From contig OX597831.1 in assembly GCA_951406725.2 (NCBI GenBank), forward strand, positions 13,826,001-13,890,000: DNA of 64,000 bases, in the 5' to 3' direction. Both the position numbers and the translations under genes were made by a program. The DNA comes from Octopus vulgaris. Its lineage: Eukaryota. Below the pieces are notes generated by a model. It had not been told where the DNA came from, made no database searches, and worked only from the letters and a program-made list of their open reading frames with translations. Shown one piece after another: positions 43,885-57,467 of this stretch. The first letter of the stretch is position 1; every line of letters starts with the position of its first letter.

Positions 43885-44265
43885 GGGTAATACCAGAACT
43901 GGGCGCCACTGCGTGGTGCCTGGGACTCCAAACCTGCCATCAAGATGTAGGACAAGATTCTGTGATAGCCTGGGCTTCCGAGGCCCACAGCTCTTCAATA
44001 TCCTCCCGAAGAACCTGAGAGACCTGCATGGGGTGGATACAGATGTCTTTAAAATGAAGCTGGATCTCTTCCTGTCAGGTGTCCCAGATGAACCAACTTC
44101 ACGGCAGGAGGGGCAGATGAGGGCAGCTGCATCGAACTCTCTCATGCACCAAATAGCAGTTGCTAGAAAGCCTCCATGAAGTGAAACCAAGTAGCAACAC
44201 CAAAAGGCGGTGCCCCAGCATGGCCACAGCTCATAAGCTGAAACTAGAATCAATCAATCAATCAA
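43885..44265 (+). mobile_element. 3' end of the LINE family at 14160-15937
   Basis: High similarity to the reverse complement of 14160-14500; (AATC)n tail. Confidence 0.9.
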
Positions 44266-44629
44266 AACCATACAAAATTCTGGTGCCTTTAACTTATATA
44301 CCATATTCATCTGAATCTAAATTTTATTGAACTTATATATATATAGTAATAAAAACAATAATTCTTGCATGGAATTTATAATCACATGTTTCTTAAGATC
44401 ACAGCCCGTTTTACTGGGATAATTACTGTGTAATCTGTAGTATCCGTGAGCATCAGGTGACTCATATTCATGGATTCATTTCTTCAGGTGATATAAGATT
44501 AAGCGGTGTTTACTACGCGGATGTTTATCGCTATTGACCGGTGCGAAGGTTTGTTGTGCAATCTGAAAAAGTGGTCAGCATCTTTAGACTGTAGCCAGCT
44601 TAGTGGAGTAAGAGTTGTGTATATTCCCG

Positions 44630-44697
<68 letters not shown>

Positions 44698-44955
44698 GAA
44701 AAATCCACAACATATGTCAACGGATCAGAAACATGGATATATATATATATATTTAATTCTATTTTTTAGGAGATAAAAATTCCGGCATAACAGGGGTTCG
44801 AATTATTCTCAATGAAGAAATATATATTTTCATTTAGAGATAGTTGGCCTCTTCATGTAACCAAGTTATAAAGTAGTAGGTATTTCAAATAAAAATTCTT
44901 TTTTATATGGTGAGATGAAGGGGCATACTATCTCTAAATGAAAATATATATATAT

Positions 44956-45039
<84 letters not shown>

Positions 45040-45588
45040 ACTTAGATAAACTTAGATATGTTTCGACCAAAGATTGGTCCAGGCCATGTCTATGAATGTG
45101 GTTTTTATGCTTTGTATACTTCCTTATGTTTTTTTATGTTACCTTTAACCATGGTTTGTTTGTGCTTGTGCGTATATAGACGTATATATGTATGAACATT
45201 TACGGTACGCATGTGTGTGTGTATGAGGTTGTATATATATATGCGTATATTTTTGACGAAAAATGCGAGTGAAGATGTGTACATTTTCATAGTGACGTAT
45301 AAGTACGCACGTGGATCCGCGAGCGCACATGTAAGCGTATGACTAGCCATGTTTTACGTGTTAACTATGAAATTTTAAGCTTATTTTATATAATTATAAC
45401 ACAGTAATTTCCCTTTATACAACGGTATTTTTTCATAGCGTTTTTTCATAGCGTATTGACAAGTTTCGTTTTTTCACTTTCCCGAAGAGAAGATTATTTT
45501 ATTCTTTTGAATAAGTATCAGTGGAATTTTTGAAACATATGTAGAAAGAAAATACTATGTTTAAACCTGCGTTACTCCATTTTTTATT

Positions 45589-45632
<44 letters not shown>

Positions 45633-46249
45633 CATATATACATATATACGTATGTATACACGTGTGTATATATGTGTGAGTGTGAATGTGTATGAATGTG
45701 TGTCTAACGTGTGTCTGACTTGAGTTTCCTTTGAAAGAGTTTATATTATTTTCTATGCCATTATATTCAATATAATTTGCAAAAATATATTCGAATTCCA
45801 GTGACATCCCGGCCAATTCGTGGCAAGCTTATGAAAGCAAGAATAAATGTGACGTTTATCTAATGAGATGAAAGCTATTAATTACCTCCAGGCTATAGAC
45901 AGGAGAAGTACGATAGAAGTCATCAACAACAAATAAATAACTCCAACGTTCACGTAAATTGAGACAGTTATGTGAAAGGAGGTTAAAGATATCAAAAGGC
46001 CAAGACCGAACGACCAAAACAATAACGTACAGCTCTAATAAATTAGAATTCAACTGTGCTAATCACTCACACACACAACAGACACGCGCGCGCGCGCGTT
46101 TGTGTTTGCATATATGTATATACAAATTTATATATACCATACATTATGTGTATTTGATATATCTATACCTATTTATGTATGTATGTATGTATCTATCTGC
46201 CTATCTATCTATGTATCTCTCTCTCTCTGTATATATATATATATATATA

Positions 46250-46641
46250 TATATAAACGGCAGTTTGTTTGTCTGTGTGTCTGTCAGGTTGTACCCTCAC
46301 CCTGACCACGGCTTTCAACCGATTCTGATGAAACTTGACACACACATAGCCCAAATGTCATAATTCAAAACTAACGCAGCGAAAATTTTGAAAAGTTCCC
46401 CCAGTTCTGAAAAGAATCGATAAATTCGACATGGGGTCGAGAATCTAAGCTTTTTATATGCAACACATTTTCTGTCGGGAGACAGCTAGGAACATCGTAT
46501 ACATAGAAGTATTCGAGTGAAGAGAAGACATTGCACCCTACACATGCGCCTTCGTTTCCTAAAGGGAAAGGACTAGATTGGGATTAGTCATTGTCTACTA
46601 GGGGCTCTTACATACCCGGGCAACGCCGGGCTATGCTGCTA

Positions 46642-46642
<1 letters not shown>
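46250..46642 (+). mobile_element. Non-autonomous Helitron-like element
   Basis: 3' hairpin cccgggcaacgccggg followed by CTAG|T; 5' part shared with 51659-52035. Confidence 0.8.
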
Positions 46643-46711
<69 letters not shown>

Positions 46712-46724
46712 TTATTTATGTATA

Positions 46725-49700
46725 AACTTAGATATGTTTCGACCAAAGATTGGTCCAGGCCATGTCTAGCTTAATAGCACTACCTGATAGGATTATTCGA
46801 ATCCTGTTTAAGTCAGGTTTTGTTTATGGTCCATTCAATTAGTGAGTTTTTGTTGGGTGAGTTGTATCCAATTATGGGTGGCTTATCTGGTATTCTTTGA
46901 AGGAATCTATCCAGACTCCGTTTAAAGTTGATGGGATCCTTTTCCTCTTTGATCTCCCTCGGGACAATGTTAAATAGGGCAGGACCTGTTGAGGAAAAGA
47001 AATTACGTTGTAGTGTACATGTATGCTCTGATCTTGAATTGGGCAGGGGACGTATGGCCCGTGGTCCCAGTCTTGGATGAACCTTGAAGCTAATGTTCAG
47101 GTCGTTTGAGCAAAGTTGGCGGTATATTCTCCACATCGTACAAATGATGTACCGCTCACGGCGACGCTGGAGAGAGTAGAGTTTCAAGGCTTTAAGGCGA
47201 TCCCAATAATCGAGAGCAGCCATGCCTTCAATTCGTTTAGTGAGTGCCCTCTGGGGTGATTCAATCCTCGAGATGTTTTGTCTTGTATGGGGAGACCACA
47301 GTGGGCAGCAGTATTCGAGATGTGGCCGTACAAAGGAGGAGAAAAGTGGTATGATGACACCTTGTTCTCTGGACCGGAAAGTTCTTAAGATCCAGGAACT
47401 CATCCTACGAGCTATATCGACCTTCTTGTTGATGTGTGCATTCCAACTGAGATCGTCATCAACAATAACACCCATGTCTCTGATATTGTTAGAGGCTGTG
47501 AGCGGTTCCCCTGAAGGAAGAGAGTATGGCTGTTTTAGTGAGGAATTACTTCCAAAATGCATCAGCTCAAATTTTCCCTCGTTCAGTTGCATTTTGTTTC
47601 TGTCTGCCCATTGACTCACAGCATATAGATCAGACTGGAGTTGAGTTCGGTCTGCTTCTTCACTGACGATTTGCTGGAGCTTAGTGTTATCAGCAAATAT
47701 TTTCACTTTGCAGTAATGTACGACACTGGAAAGGTCGTTTATGTAAATTACGAAGAGTAGCGGACCCAAGACAGTCCCCTGGGGGACACCGCTGGTGACT
47801 TTTGCTGGGCTTGAGTGGACTCCATCAACTACAACATCTTGTGTTCTATTCGCCAGGAAATACTTGATCCAGTGTAGAACTTTTCTACGGATTCTAACAT
47901 TTGCCAATTTTGAGAGTAGGCTATTATGGTTTACCCTGTCGAACGCTTTACTGAAGTCAAGATATATGACATCAGAGTTCGAACCTGTTCCCAAGGCATT
48001 GAGTACATCTTCAATATGGTGTAAGAGCTGTGTTAGACAGTCCCTGCCACAGCGAAAGCCATGCTGATTTGCATTTAGGAGTTTGTGGGTCTCCAGGAAG
48101 TCAGCTATCCTTGATCTTAACACTCTTTCAAACACTTTAATGATGTGGGAGGTGAGTGAGATTGGGCGATAGTTGACTGCGAGGGATCTGTTTCCCTGTT
48201 TGAAAACAGGGATGACTGACTGAGATAGAAACTGTTTCGGTATACAACCTGCGTCTAACGAATTTCTTCAGAGGTTGGTCAGAGGGACTGCGAGTTGGTG
48301 TCTACATTCATTCAGGAGACTAGCGGGGAATCTATCAGGGCCTACAGCAGAGTAGTATTTGACCTCATTTATTGCTGCTATGATGTCAGTTGCAGTGAAG
48401 GTTATGTCTGAGATTTTATGTTGGGAGTCAACTTCGTTCGCTTCTCTTACGTCAATATCAGTGGGAACACTAAAGACAAAGCAGTATTGTTTCTACAGTA
48501 TTTCTGCCATTTCTTTAGCATCGTGTTGGGGAATGCCGTTATCATCAATCAATGGCCCAATGGGTGAGACAGAGGTTCTATGCTTATTTGCATAAGAATA
48601 GAACACTTTTGGGTTCTGTTTGATGTTTTTGATTACCCACTGTTCCTCCACAGCTCTTTGATTTTCAATGGAGGTTTTCATGTCGGTCTGCAGATGAAGT
48701 TTTTCCAGCTCTAGCCTTTTCATTGTTGTTGAATGTGGATGTTGTATGTGGGAATATTTTAATTGGTTGATTTTTTTGTTGAGTCCTTTGATGTGCCTGA
48801 TGAGTGGGGTTTTTTTTGGGTTTTTAGGGAGCCGGTTTCTGTTTGTGTTAGTAGATTTCGTGGGAGCGTGTTTAGAACATGTATAGGTGACAATGTTGTC
48901 AGTGCTGCCCTGCGGTCTCAATATGGGTAGAATTCCGCTTTGTGGAAGCTTATGTTGTCAAATGAGTGCCATGGAGTGGGATTGGCTGGTTTGTTCTTAT
49001 ATGTCGGGAATTAAAATTGCAGGATACCATGTCGTGGTCTGAGAGGAGAGTTTTTTCAACTGAAATTCTGTGAACGAAGCTAGAGTGATTGGTCAATACC
49101 AGATCCAATATCGTTTTATTCTGTCACGTTGGTTCGAGCACTAGCTGAGTCAGGAAGTATTCATCCATTAGATTAAAGAGCAGTTCTGCTGCTGCTCTAT
49201 CTGATGTAGAGCATTTGCCTAACTTCAGAGTATCTGTGGGCCAGTTCACATGAGGGAGGTTAAAATCGCCCATCACTAGTACGTTTCCGGAGTTGTACTT
49301 CCGATGGAAGGACTTGACTTTGCTAAGGCACTCTTCAAAACACTTTAGAGGTGCTTGGGGAGGCCTGTAAAGACCAACAATGATTATGTCCTTGGCCTTG
49401 TTGAATAGTGATACAGATTCACAATAGCCATTGGAAAATGTCCTTGGCATCAAGTGAAAAGGAGTCATGGATAAAGGTGGCTGCCCCTCCCTTATTTCGG
49501 TCTGTGCGATCCGCACGAACAATGGTGAAATCTTTTATTTTCACCTCGGCGTCCATATGAGTATTGTTCAGGTGAGTCTCGGTAAGGATTAAGAAAGGGA
49601 AGCAATGTGCCGTTTCGGCAAGCCAACTCTCTATATATGGGATCTTCCATTTTTGGGCAATAATTGATGGGTTGATGCCACGTACATTTAACAGGAATGT

Positions 49701-49995
49701 CGAGGTAAGGGATGTTTGATGTTTGCATTGTTCTAAGTTATGTTTTATGTTGTTCAGTGGTAACAATGTGGTTAGTTCTTGTATGGAGCTGTGTGTGTAT
49801 GATTTTCTTGCTGGTAGTGGGTGTGTGGTCCTTGTGATTTGCATAGGCGGTTGCTGATATCTCGTTTGATCTTCTGGCTTAGGTCGGCCTTCATATTTTT
49901 TAAGCAAAAATGTTGGGGCGAGAGTGGATGGTTTTAATTGTTTTGGTGTTTTGCTTATTTGTTTGCTTCTTAATGGCATATGCAGTGGGGTGATA
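46725..49995 (-). mobile_element. Near full-length ORF2 of a CR1-type LINE (APE plus RT), disrupted
   Basis: APE motifs LNVRG, LTETHL, YRPP, MGDFN; RT motifs YLDFSKAFD, GVPQGTVLGP, FADNTK. Confidence 0.95.
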
Positions 49996-50379
49996 GTGGT
50001 GGATGCATATATATATGCATGTATGCATGTATATGTATATACACATACTCACGTACATCATACACATATACACATAATATATATGTATACATAGTATATA
50101 TATATTTTATAATATACATATATATATATATATATACACACATAAATATTTATATATATATACATACATACATACATACATATATATGTAACAGAACATT
50201 GAAAGACTGTATACAAAATATTCATCCTCTCTCCTAAATAGATTTTCGAGAGTGTAGCCCCGTACTAACACAATGCCCAAGACAATGCATACTTTGAATT
50301 AATTTGTATTTGTATCCTCTCTAGTAATAATACGAATAAGATTAGATTAGATTAGACCTATATATAGACTTAGGAAAAT

Positions 50380-50970
50380 GATTTGATGCACTCCCCACTT
50401 TCCTTTAATGTTAAAACCAACATACATAAAAGAAGATCTTATCTTTCTCAGACGTTTTCCAGAAAATCACTGGTACAGAAAAATATTCAACAGACGCTCA
50501 CTTTACTGTTTTCCCAAACACCACCAAGAGCCTACTCCCAGTTGTGTCAAGACCCAGAATCCTACCCACTCGGCTAGAGATGCGTAATTAAATCCCGCAT
50601 ATATGGGGCAGACGTTACAGCAAGGCTAGACGATAACACAACCGAAAACAAGAGCTACTTTAGGTTATGTGTAAGCGACTTCAAAAATCACTATATTAAC
50701 CACATATTTTCCTTCCGACACAGGGATAAAAGTAAAGCCATTAAGTTCGTTATCCACGTATTGGGATTGAAGTCTACGATAAAGTGGAACATAGTTGAAA
50801 CATCCACAACATATGTCAACGGATCAAAAACATGTAAGCTATACATAACTGAGAGAACACAGATCCTTTTTAGATCTAAGAACTCCACTGCAGCACTTAA
50901 TTCCAGATATGAAATTTTCAGCGGTTGTAATTATATGAATAAATTCCTGTTGGTGAATTGGAAAACCCAA
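50380..50970 (+). mobile_element. Degenerate Penelope-like element C-terminal fragment
   Basis: IKWNIVETSTTY..CKLYITER..LNSRYEIFSGC; related scrap near 44700. Confidence 0.7.
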
Positions 50971-51266
50971 CCTCTCTTGGTTGCGCAACTGCGCCGCGGA
51001 TTCTAGATCACTATCAATTCATCCTTATGACATTACTATCAAAGAAGGTATAACTCTAATTTTCCGCCTCTTTCATTCTTCTTTTTTATTTTTCGTTTTC
51101 CGGTTTTTCAACCTTCCTTCTCGCCTTATCTCGTCTTTTCTCTCTCATCCAATTACCCTGTTTAGCTTGCTATGCCATCTGGGCCCAGTCTGAGGATTGC
51201 GTTAGGGTACCAGACGTATTGAAAAATAGTGCAAGAGACGTTTTGATTACATGAAGCTATTATTAG

Positions 51267-51355
<89 letters not shown>

Positions 51356-51463
51356 GTATGTATGTATGGAAAAAAGCCAAGATAGAAAATGCTAAAATAA
51401 TGTTATAAAAACATTTCAGTACCGGTTTAAATCCATACCTTTATAAATCTACATGACATTGTT

Positions 51464-51537
<74 letters not shown>

Positions 51538-51577
51538 TTTTCTCCCCTTCTCTTTTTCCTTATACAGAAAGGTGTAG

Positions 51578-51637
<60 letters not shown>

Positions 51638-51658
51638 ATATATGTATATATATATATA

Positions 51659-52035
51659 CTAGCAGTATCGCCCGGCGTTGCTCGGGTTTGTAAGGGAAAT
51701 AACTATAAAGCATTTTAGAGAGTTATAGCCAAAAAATAGCAAAAAAATGGAAAAAAATTATGGTAAATTTTTTTTTAGAGTTAAAAAGGTCGAGTTGCGT
51801 CCCCTAGACAGTCTGTGGTTTGTGTTTCTGATTCTCGTCCCCATGTCGAATTTATCGATTTTTTTCAGAACTGGGGAAACTTTTCAAACTTATTTTCGCT
51901 GCGTTAGCTTTTAATTATGACATTGGGCTATGTGTGTGTCAAGTTTCATTAGAATCGGTTGAAAGCCGTGGTCAGGGTGAGGGTACAGCCTAACAGACAC
52001 ACAGACACGCAGACAGACAAACTGCCGTTTATATA
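51659..52035 (-). mobile_element. Non-autonomous Helitron-like element, inverted relative to the 46250 copy
   Basis: Minus-strand end cccgagcaacgccgggcgatactgCTAG. Confidence 0.8.
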
Positions 52036-52232
52036 TATATATATATATACATACATACATATATACATATATATACATATAATATATATATACAACTTAT
52101 AAACAAGGGCAAAAGAAAAACATTCTAATGCCAAATGTGCCGAAAATAGACAAATTGTCAATAACCATATATTTATCACTATTAACATGCATCTCGAAGT
52201 GACCCGACAGAAATTTCTTAAAAATTCCGTTA

Positions 52233-52293
52233 TTATCGTATTGGTCCCAATTTCAGAGTTAATTCATAAGAATTTTCTCCTCATCAGCGATAA
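52233..52293 (-). ncRNA. Type I hammerhead ribozyme motif
   Basis: TTATCG-CTGATGA-GGAGaaAATTC ttat GAATTaaCTCT-GAAA-TTG ggac CAA-TA-CGATAA; three stems and the conserved core, with G-U at the base of stem II. Confidence 0.75.
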
Positions 52294-52488
52294 ATACGTA
52301 AGACATAAATGAAATACTTACTCATATCCATGGAAAAAGCAAGCACGAAGTCATGAGCAGACCTAAGTACCCCAAATATATCCAAAATAGAAAATCTTCA
52401 GCACATCTCGAGATACGTGTGATACGAACTAGAAACTCTCACAGAGTGAGAGAGTCCGGAAGTGAGCACTATTAAATTTAAAAGATGT

Positions 52489-52539
<51 letters not shown>

Positions 52540-52660
52540 GTGTATGTGGTGGGAAGGAGCTATTTGCAATGGTCCCTTCAATGTGCACCTGTTCGACAAG
52601 TTACAGAACGTTAAATCAAGTACTCGAATTCAAACTTTCTTTTTACTATGGTAGACTTAC

Positions 52661-52699
52661 TTGGCCATTCAGCGTTCCAGCATGAATACAAACTAACAT
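52661..52699 (-). CDS. Gene B exon 2: (H)VSLYSCWNAEWP
   Basis: ttctccgtatttcag|39 nt|gtaagt, phase 1-1. Confidence 0.75.
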
Positions 52700-52839
52700 C
52701 TGAAATACGGAGAAGAATATAAAGATAGTGAATATATTAAATAAGATGAGTCAGTGTTGAAAATAATAAAAGACACACTGAACACAATTATTTACATTGA
52801 CACGAATTTGACTCTCATTGTTTATGGTATCTTTACATT

Positions 52840-52964
52840 AGCACGCCGGGCGAAATGCTTAGTGGTATTTCGTCTGACTTCAAATTCCGCCGAGGTCGAC
52901 TTTGCTTTTCTTCCTTTCGGGGTCGATTAAATAAGTACCAGTTACGCACTGGGGTCGATATAGG
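52840..52964 (+). mobile_element. Truncated Nin-like SINE with 11-bp TSD atctttacatt
   Basis: TSD at 52829-52839 and 52965-52975; absent from the gene A homologous intron. Confidence 0.8.
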
Positions 52965-53399
52965 ATCTTTACATTTGACAGAAATTTAACAGACTGGAAT
53001 TATTTCTAATAAAATTTTTTGTAAAAGAATTTCGTTATTTTGTCGTCAGTAAATAAAAATTCAGTTAACTTCATTATGGGGATCGTGTAATGTAAGAAAG
53101 AATGGTGGCTTCAAAGTTTGGCACAAGGCAAGCAAGTTCTCGGTGTGTGGGGTAGGGGTGGGGTATTACAAATTTGATTACATCGACCCCTGTCAAACCT
53201 TATTTATTAGCAGTTGCGAAAATTTCGTAGGAATGCACTCTGCCCTCGCTTCTAGCTCCATAAAGATCATAATTTTCCCGTTTATTTTTTCACCTAATTT
53301 ATCAACTGGTATACAAAACACTTAATCTACTTCATTCCTCTATGTTACTGGTAATATAGGGATCTGGTTGATTACAGTTCAATTCCTACACGTTTTATA

Positions 53400-54457
53400 C
53401 GAGATCTAAATCATCAGCATGCTCGAATCAAGTGGTCCTGGTTCATCTTCGACATTACTCTGGCTGTTGTGGCTTTCAAAGGATCTTTGATATTATTGGC
53501 GTATTCAATGACCTCTCTTTCAACCCCGCTCCACACATAATGGTTCAGTGAATTGAGATCTGGGGAATTAAGGGGCCAAATTTAAGGGGTTATGTGATCA
53601 TGAAAACTTTCAGCTATCAATTCCTGCGTTACTTGACCCTTGTGTGATGGTACAGAGTCATGCTGAAACAGACATGACCTTCCATTACGTGCACTGTCTA
53701 TTCATAGCTTAACAACTGTTTCCTGGACCTCAATCTAAGCGACAGAATTAACACTAAGACCTTACGGGAAGACGTAAGGCGGTGTCACATGTCCTTCGTT
53801 GTTGACAACCCCTAAAATCATGAAAGTTGCAGGAACGTTTGTGCAGAAGGGTCTGCACACAACCATGTCATTTCTTCTGTTACCTTTTTGATCTTAGTCG
53901 AAGTATTTCTCGTCTGACAAAAAGCAAAGGAAATTTCCTGCTGGATTTTTCAATTTATTAAGGACCCCTTTTGATCTGATGTAGTGATTTCTTTTTGCTT
54001 TCTCTAACATAAGTTGACCTTTCCTCTTTATATAAGACTTACATCTATGTTTCTGGACATTTCTGATTCTTCCCTGTGAGACATGGAAATCTTTTGCAAT
54101 TGACGTCATGGATTTTCTGGGATTGTAACCTGCTGGATAGATTCATGTGCTCTGATGACTTCAGAGCGTTTAGAATGTTTTCTTCGCTTTGATAGTGGTG
54201 ACACGTTTTCCCCACTTTGCTCTCAAATTTCTTACGAACTTTGTAGACGAAATATCTGGCGACTTTTTAAAAATCGAGGTATTGTTAAATCGTTATGCTC
54301 AGCCTTTGTAACCATAACAACAGCATGCCTCGGCATTTCTTGAGTGCGCTGAGGGTCTGCTATTATTATTTTCTGGAAAACGATTATAAAGAATTAGCAA
54401 AAAATGCAGCAATGTCGAAAAACATGTATGTCCTCAAAATATCTTACGCACCCTGTA
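53400..54457 (-). mobile_element. Decayed Tc1/mariner-superfamily transposon
   Basis: FLSDEKYF and WPLNSPDLNSLNHYVW remnants; terminus tacagggtg. Confidence 0.75.
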
Positions 54458-54887
54458 TATGTACACGCACGCACGAACACACATACTCATAGACACACAC
54501 ATACATATATGAGAAATGTTTTCTCCCCTTCAAAAGAAAGCAAAAAAGGCCAATGAAAGAACAAAAAAACAGCAAAGCAAAAAACGTCACATGACAGAAC
54601 AAGGAAGCGCTCTATTTTTATTGTGAGCATTTTGATTGTAATTGTTATCTTGAAGAGTTCGTTTAAACAGACGAAGTCGCTAATAATAAAGAATTATAAA
54701 GAATTATCCAAAATGCTAACTGCCTCCATTTTCTCTATACATACATCTGTATATAAATGTAGATATATATATATATATACGATTTATGTACATATATATA
54801 GGTATGTATATTTATATATCATATTTATATATGTATATATATATATACATTTACATACACATACGCACACACACACACAACACACAC

Positions 54888-54954
<67 letters not shown>

Positions 54955-55166
54955 AGACAGAGTCAACAAGAAGGAGTACGTTTAGACAGCTATTTAATTA
55001 ACACTACATATGTTTCGATACAGCATAGATCATCATATACACAGGTTTTAAATTAATAAAGGGAAGGAAGTAGTGGAGTTTAGATAGATACATCGAACCT
55101 TATACACAGATTAACAGATTTAATAGAAATACTTATGGTAATGAAAAATGTTTTGTAGCTACTTAC

Positions 55167-55203
55167 GAACAATGACTAGATACCAGCATTGAAAATATTT
55201 CAT
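55167..55203 (-). CDS. Gene B first coding exon: MKYFQCWYLVIV
   Basis: ATG...GTTC|gtaagt, 37 nt; upstream acceptor ctttcag|55271. Confidence 0.83.
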
Positions 55204-55601
55204 TCTGAATATTCGTATTGAAGTGAATATATCTCATATACTTGAAATGATGTGACAGCTGTTTGTCCTTACTGAAAGAATATGTGTATTCATATTTAGT
55301 CCCCTTTATAAACGCACGCACATCGGAAAATCCACGTGCATATGCAAATATATTATAAATATATATAGTGAATCTAAACAAAGAAGAACAAGAAAAAACA
55401 ACAGCGCAAGGACGTGGTACAAGTACTGTATTATCAGACGCTCAGAAAAGGAAAGAAAGAGGATTTAACGTTTCGAGCAAAGCTCTTCTTCAGAACTAGA
55501 GGAAAGTTCAAAAGAAGGGAAAACGGAGGAAGAAAATCGCCAACGATACACACGTCGTTCCATTTTGAAACGACCGGAAGGAAACTGGTGCAGAAAAAGC
55601 T

Positions 55602-55636
<35 letters not shown>

Positions 55637-55637
55637 G

Positions 55638-55908
55638 CTTAATTATCTCAATGGAGGCAATGCAAGCGGAAACTTGAGGAACATAATTAACAGCCACACT
55701 AAAAATCAAATATATACATACATACCTCTACATTTATAAAACGGATATAAAAATTCAAAATATATAAATATAGAAATACATATAAATACATATAAATAAA
55801 GAAAAAAATTTATAAATATAAATAAATATATGCATATATTTGATTTTGATTGTGGTTATTAATTATGTTCCACTAGTTTCCGCTTGCATTGTCTCCATTG
55901 AGATTATT
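55638..55908. repeat. Inverted repeat with about 75-bp arms around an AT-rich spacer
   Basis: atctcaatggaggcaatgcaagcggaaact / agtttccgcttgcattgtctccattgagat. Confidence 0.8.
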
Positions 55909-56001
55909 ACGTGGAATATAGCTCACTTGGAGCACTACAACATCAGTCTGTATTTTATTTGTGGGTATCGTTAATATTAGCAATCTCAAAATAGAGCAGT
56001 G

Positions 56002-56079
<78 letters not shown>

Positions 56080-56224
56080 ATATATATATTTGAATAGTTG
56101 AATGAATTATCTTATTAAGGATAATTCGAATTAAGCGATACCTGGGTAGCAAATTCACATCAGAAAAAACACGGTTGAAGTCGAAAATAAAGGAATTTTG
56201 TTAATTCGTCGTTCAGCTCCATTC

Positions 56225-56296
<72 letters not shown>

Positions 56297-56297
<1 letters not shown>

Positions 56298-57467
56298 TTG
56301 TAGTTGATGGAGTCCACTCAAACCCAGCAAAAGTCACCAGCGGTGTTCCCCAGGGAACTGTTTTGGGTCCGCTACTCTTCATAATTTACGTAAACGACCT
56401 TTCCAGTGTCGTACATTACTGTAAAGTGAAAATATTCGCTGATGACACTAAGCTCCAGCAAATCGTCAATGAAGAAGCAGACCGAACTCAACTCCAGTCT
56501 GATCTATATGCTGTGAGTCAATGGGCAGACAGAAACAAAATGCAACTGAATGAGGGAAAATTTGAGCTGATGCATTTTAGAAGAAATTCCTCACTAAAAC
56601 AACCATACTCTCTTCCTTCAGGGGAACCGCTCACAGCCTCTAACAATATCAGAGACCTGGGTGTAATTGTTGATGACGATCTCAGTTGGAGTGCACACAT
56701 CAACAAGAAGGTCGATATAGCTCGTAGGATGAGTTCCTGGATCTTAAGAACTTTCCGGTCCAGAGAACAAGGTGTCATCATACCACTTTTTTCCTCCTTT
56801 GTACGGCCACATCTCGAATACTGCTGCCCACTGTGGTCTCCTCACACAAGACAAAACATCTCCAGAATTGAGTCACCCCAGAGGGCTCTCACTAAACGAA
56901 TTGAAGGCATGGCTGCTCTCGATTATTGGGATCGCCTTAAAGCCTTGAAACTTTACTCCCTCCAGCGTCACCGTGAGCGGTACATCATTTGTACGATGTG
57001 GAAAATATACCGCCAACTTTGCCCAAACGATCTAAACATTAGCTTCAAGGTTCATCCAAGACTTGGACCACGGGCTATACGTCCCCTGCCCAATTCAAGA
57101 TCACAACATACATGTACACTGCAACATAATTTCTTTTCCTCAACAGGCCCTGCCCTATTTAACATTGTCCCGAGGGAGATCAAAGAGGAAAAGGATCCCA
57201 TCAACTTTAAACGGAGTCTGGATAGATTCCTTCAAAGAATACCAGATGAGCCACCCATAATTGGATACAACTCACCCAACAAGAACTCACTACTTGAACA
57301 AATATGGATACAACTCACCCAACAAGTACTCACTACTTGAACAAAACTTGACTTAAACAAAATTTGACTTAAACAGGATTCGAATAATCCTATCAGGTGG
57401 TGCTATTAAGTTAGACATGGCCTGGACCAATCTTTGGTCGAAACATATCTAAGTTTATCTAAGTTTA
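56297..57467 (+). mobile_element. 5'-truncated copy of the LINE at 46725-49995, opposite orientation
   Basis: Nearly identical translation; tail aaacatatctaagtttatctaagttt, also present alone at 45038-45092. Confidence 0.95.
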
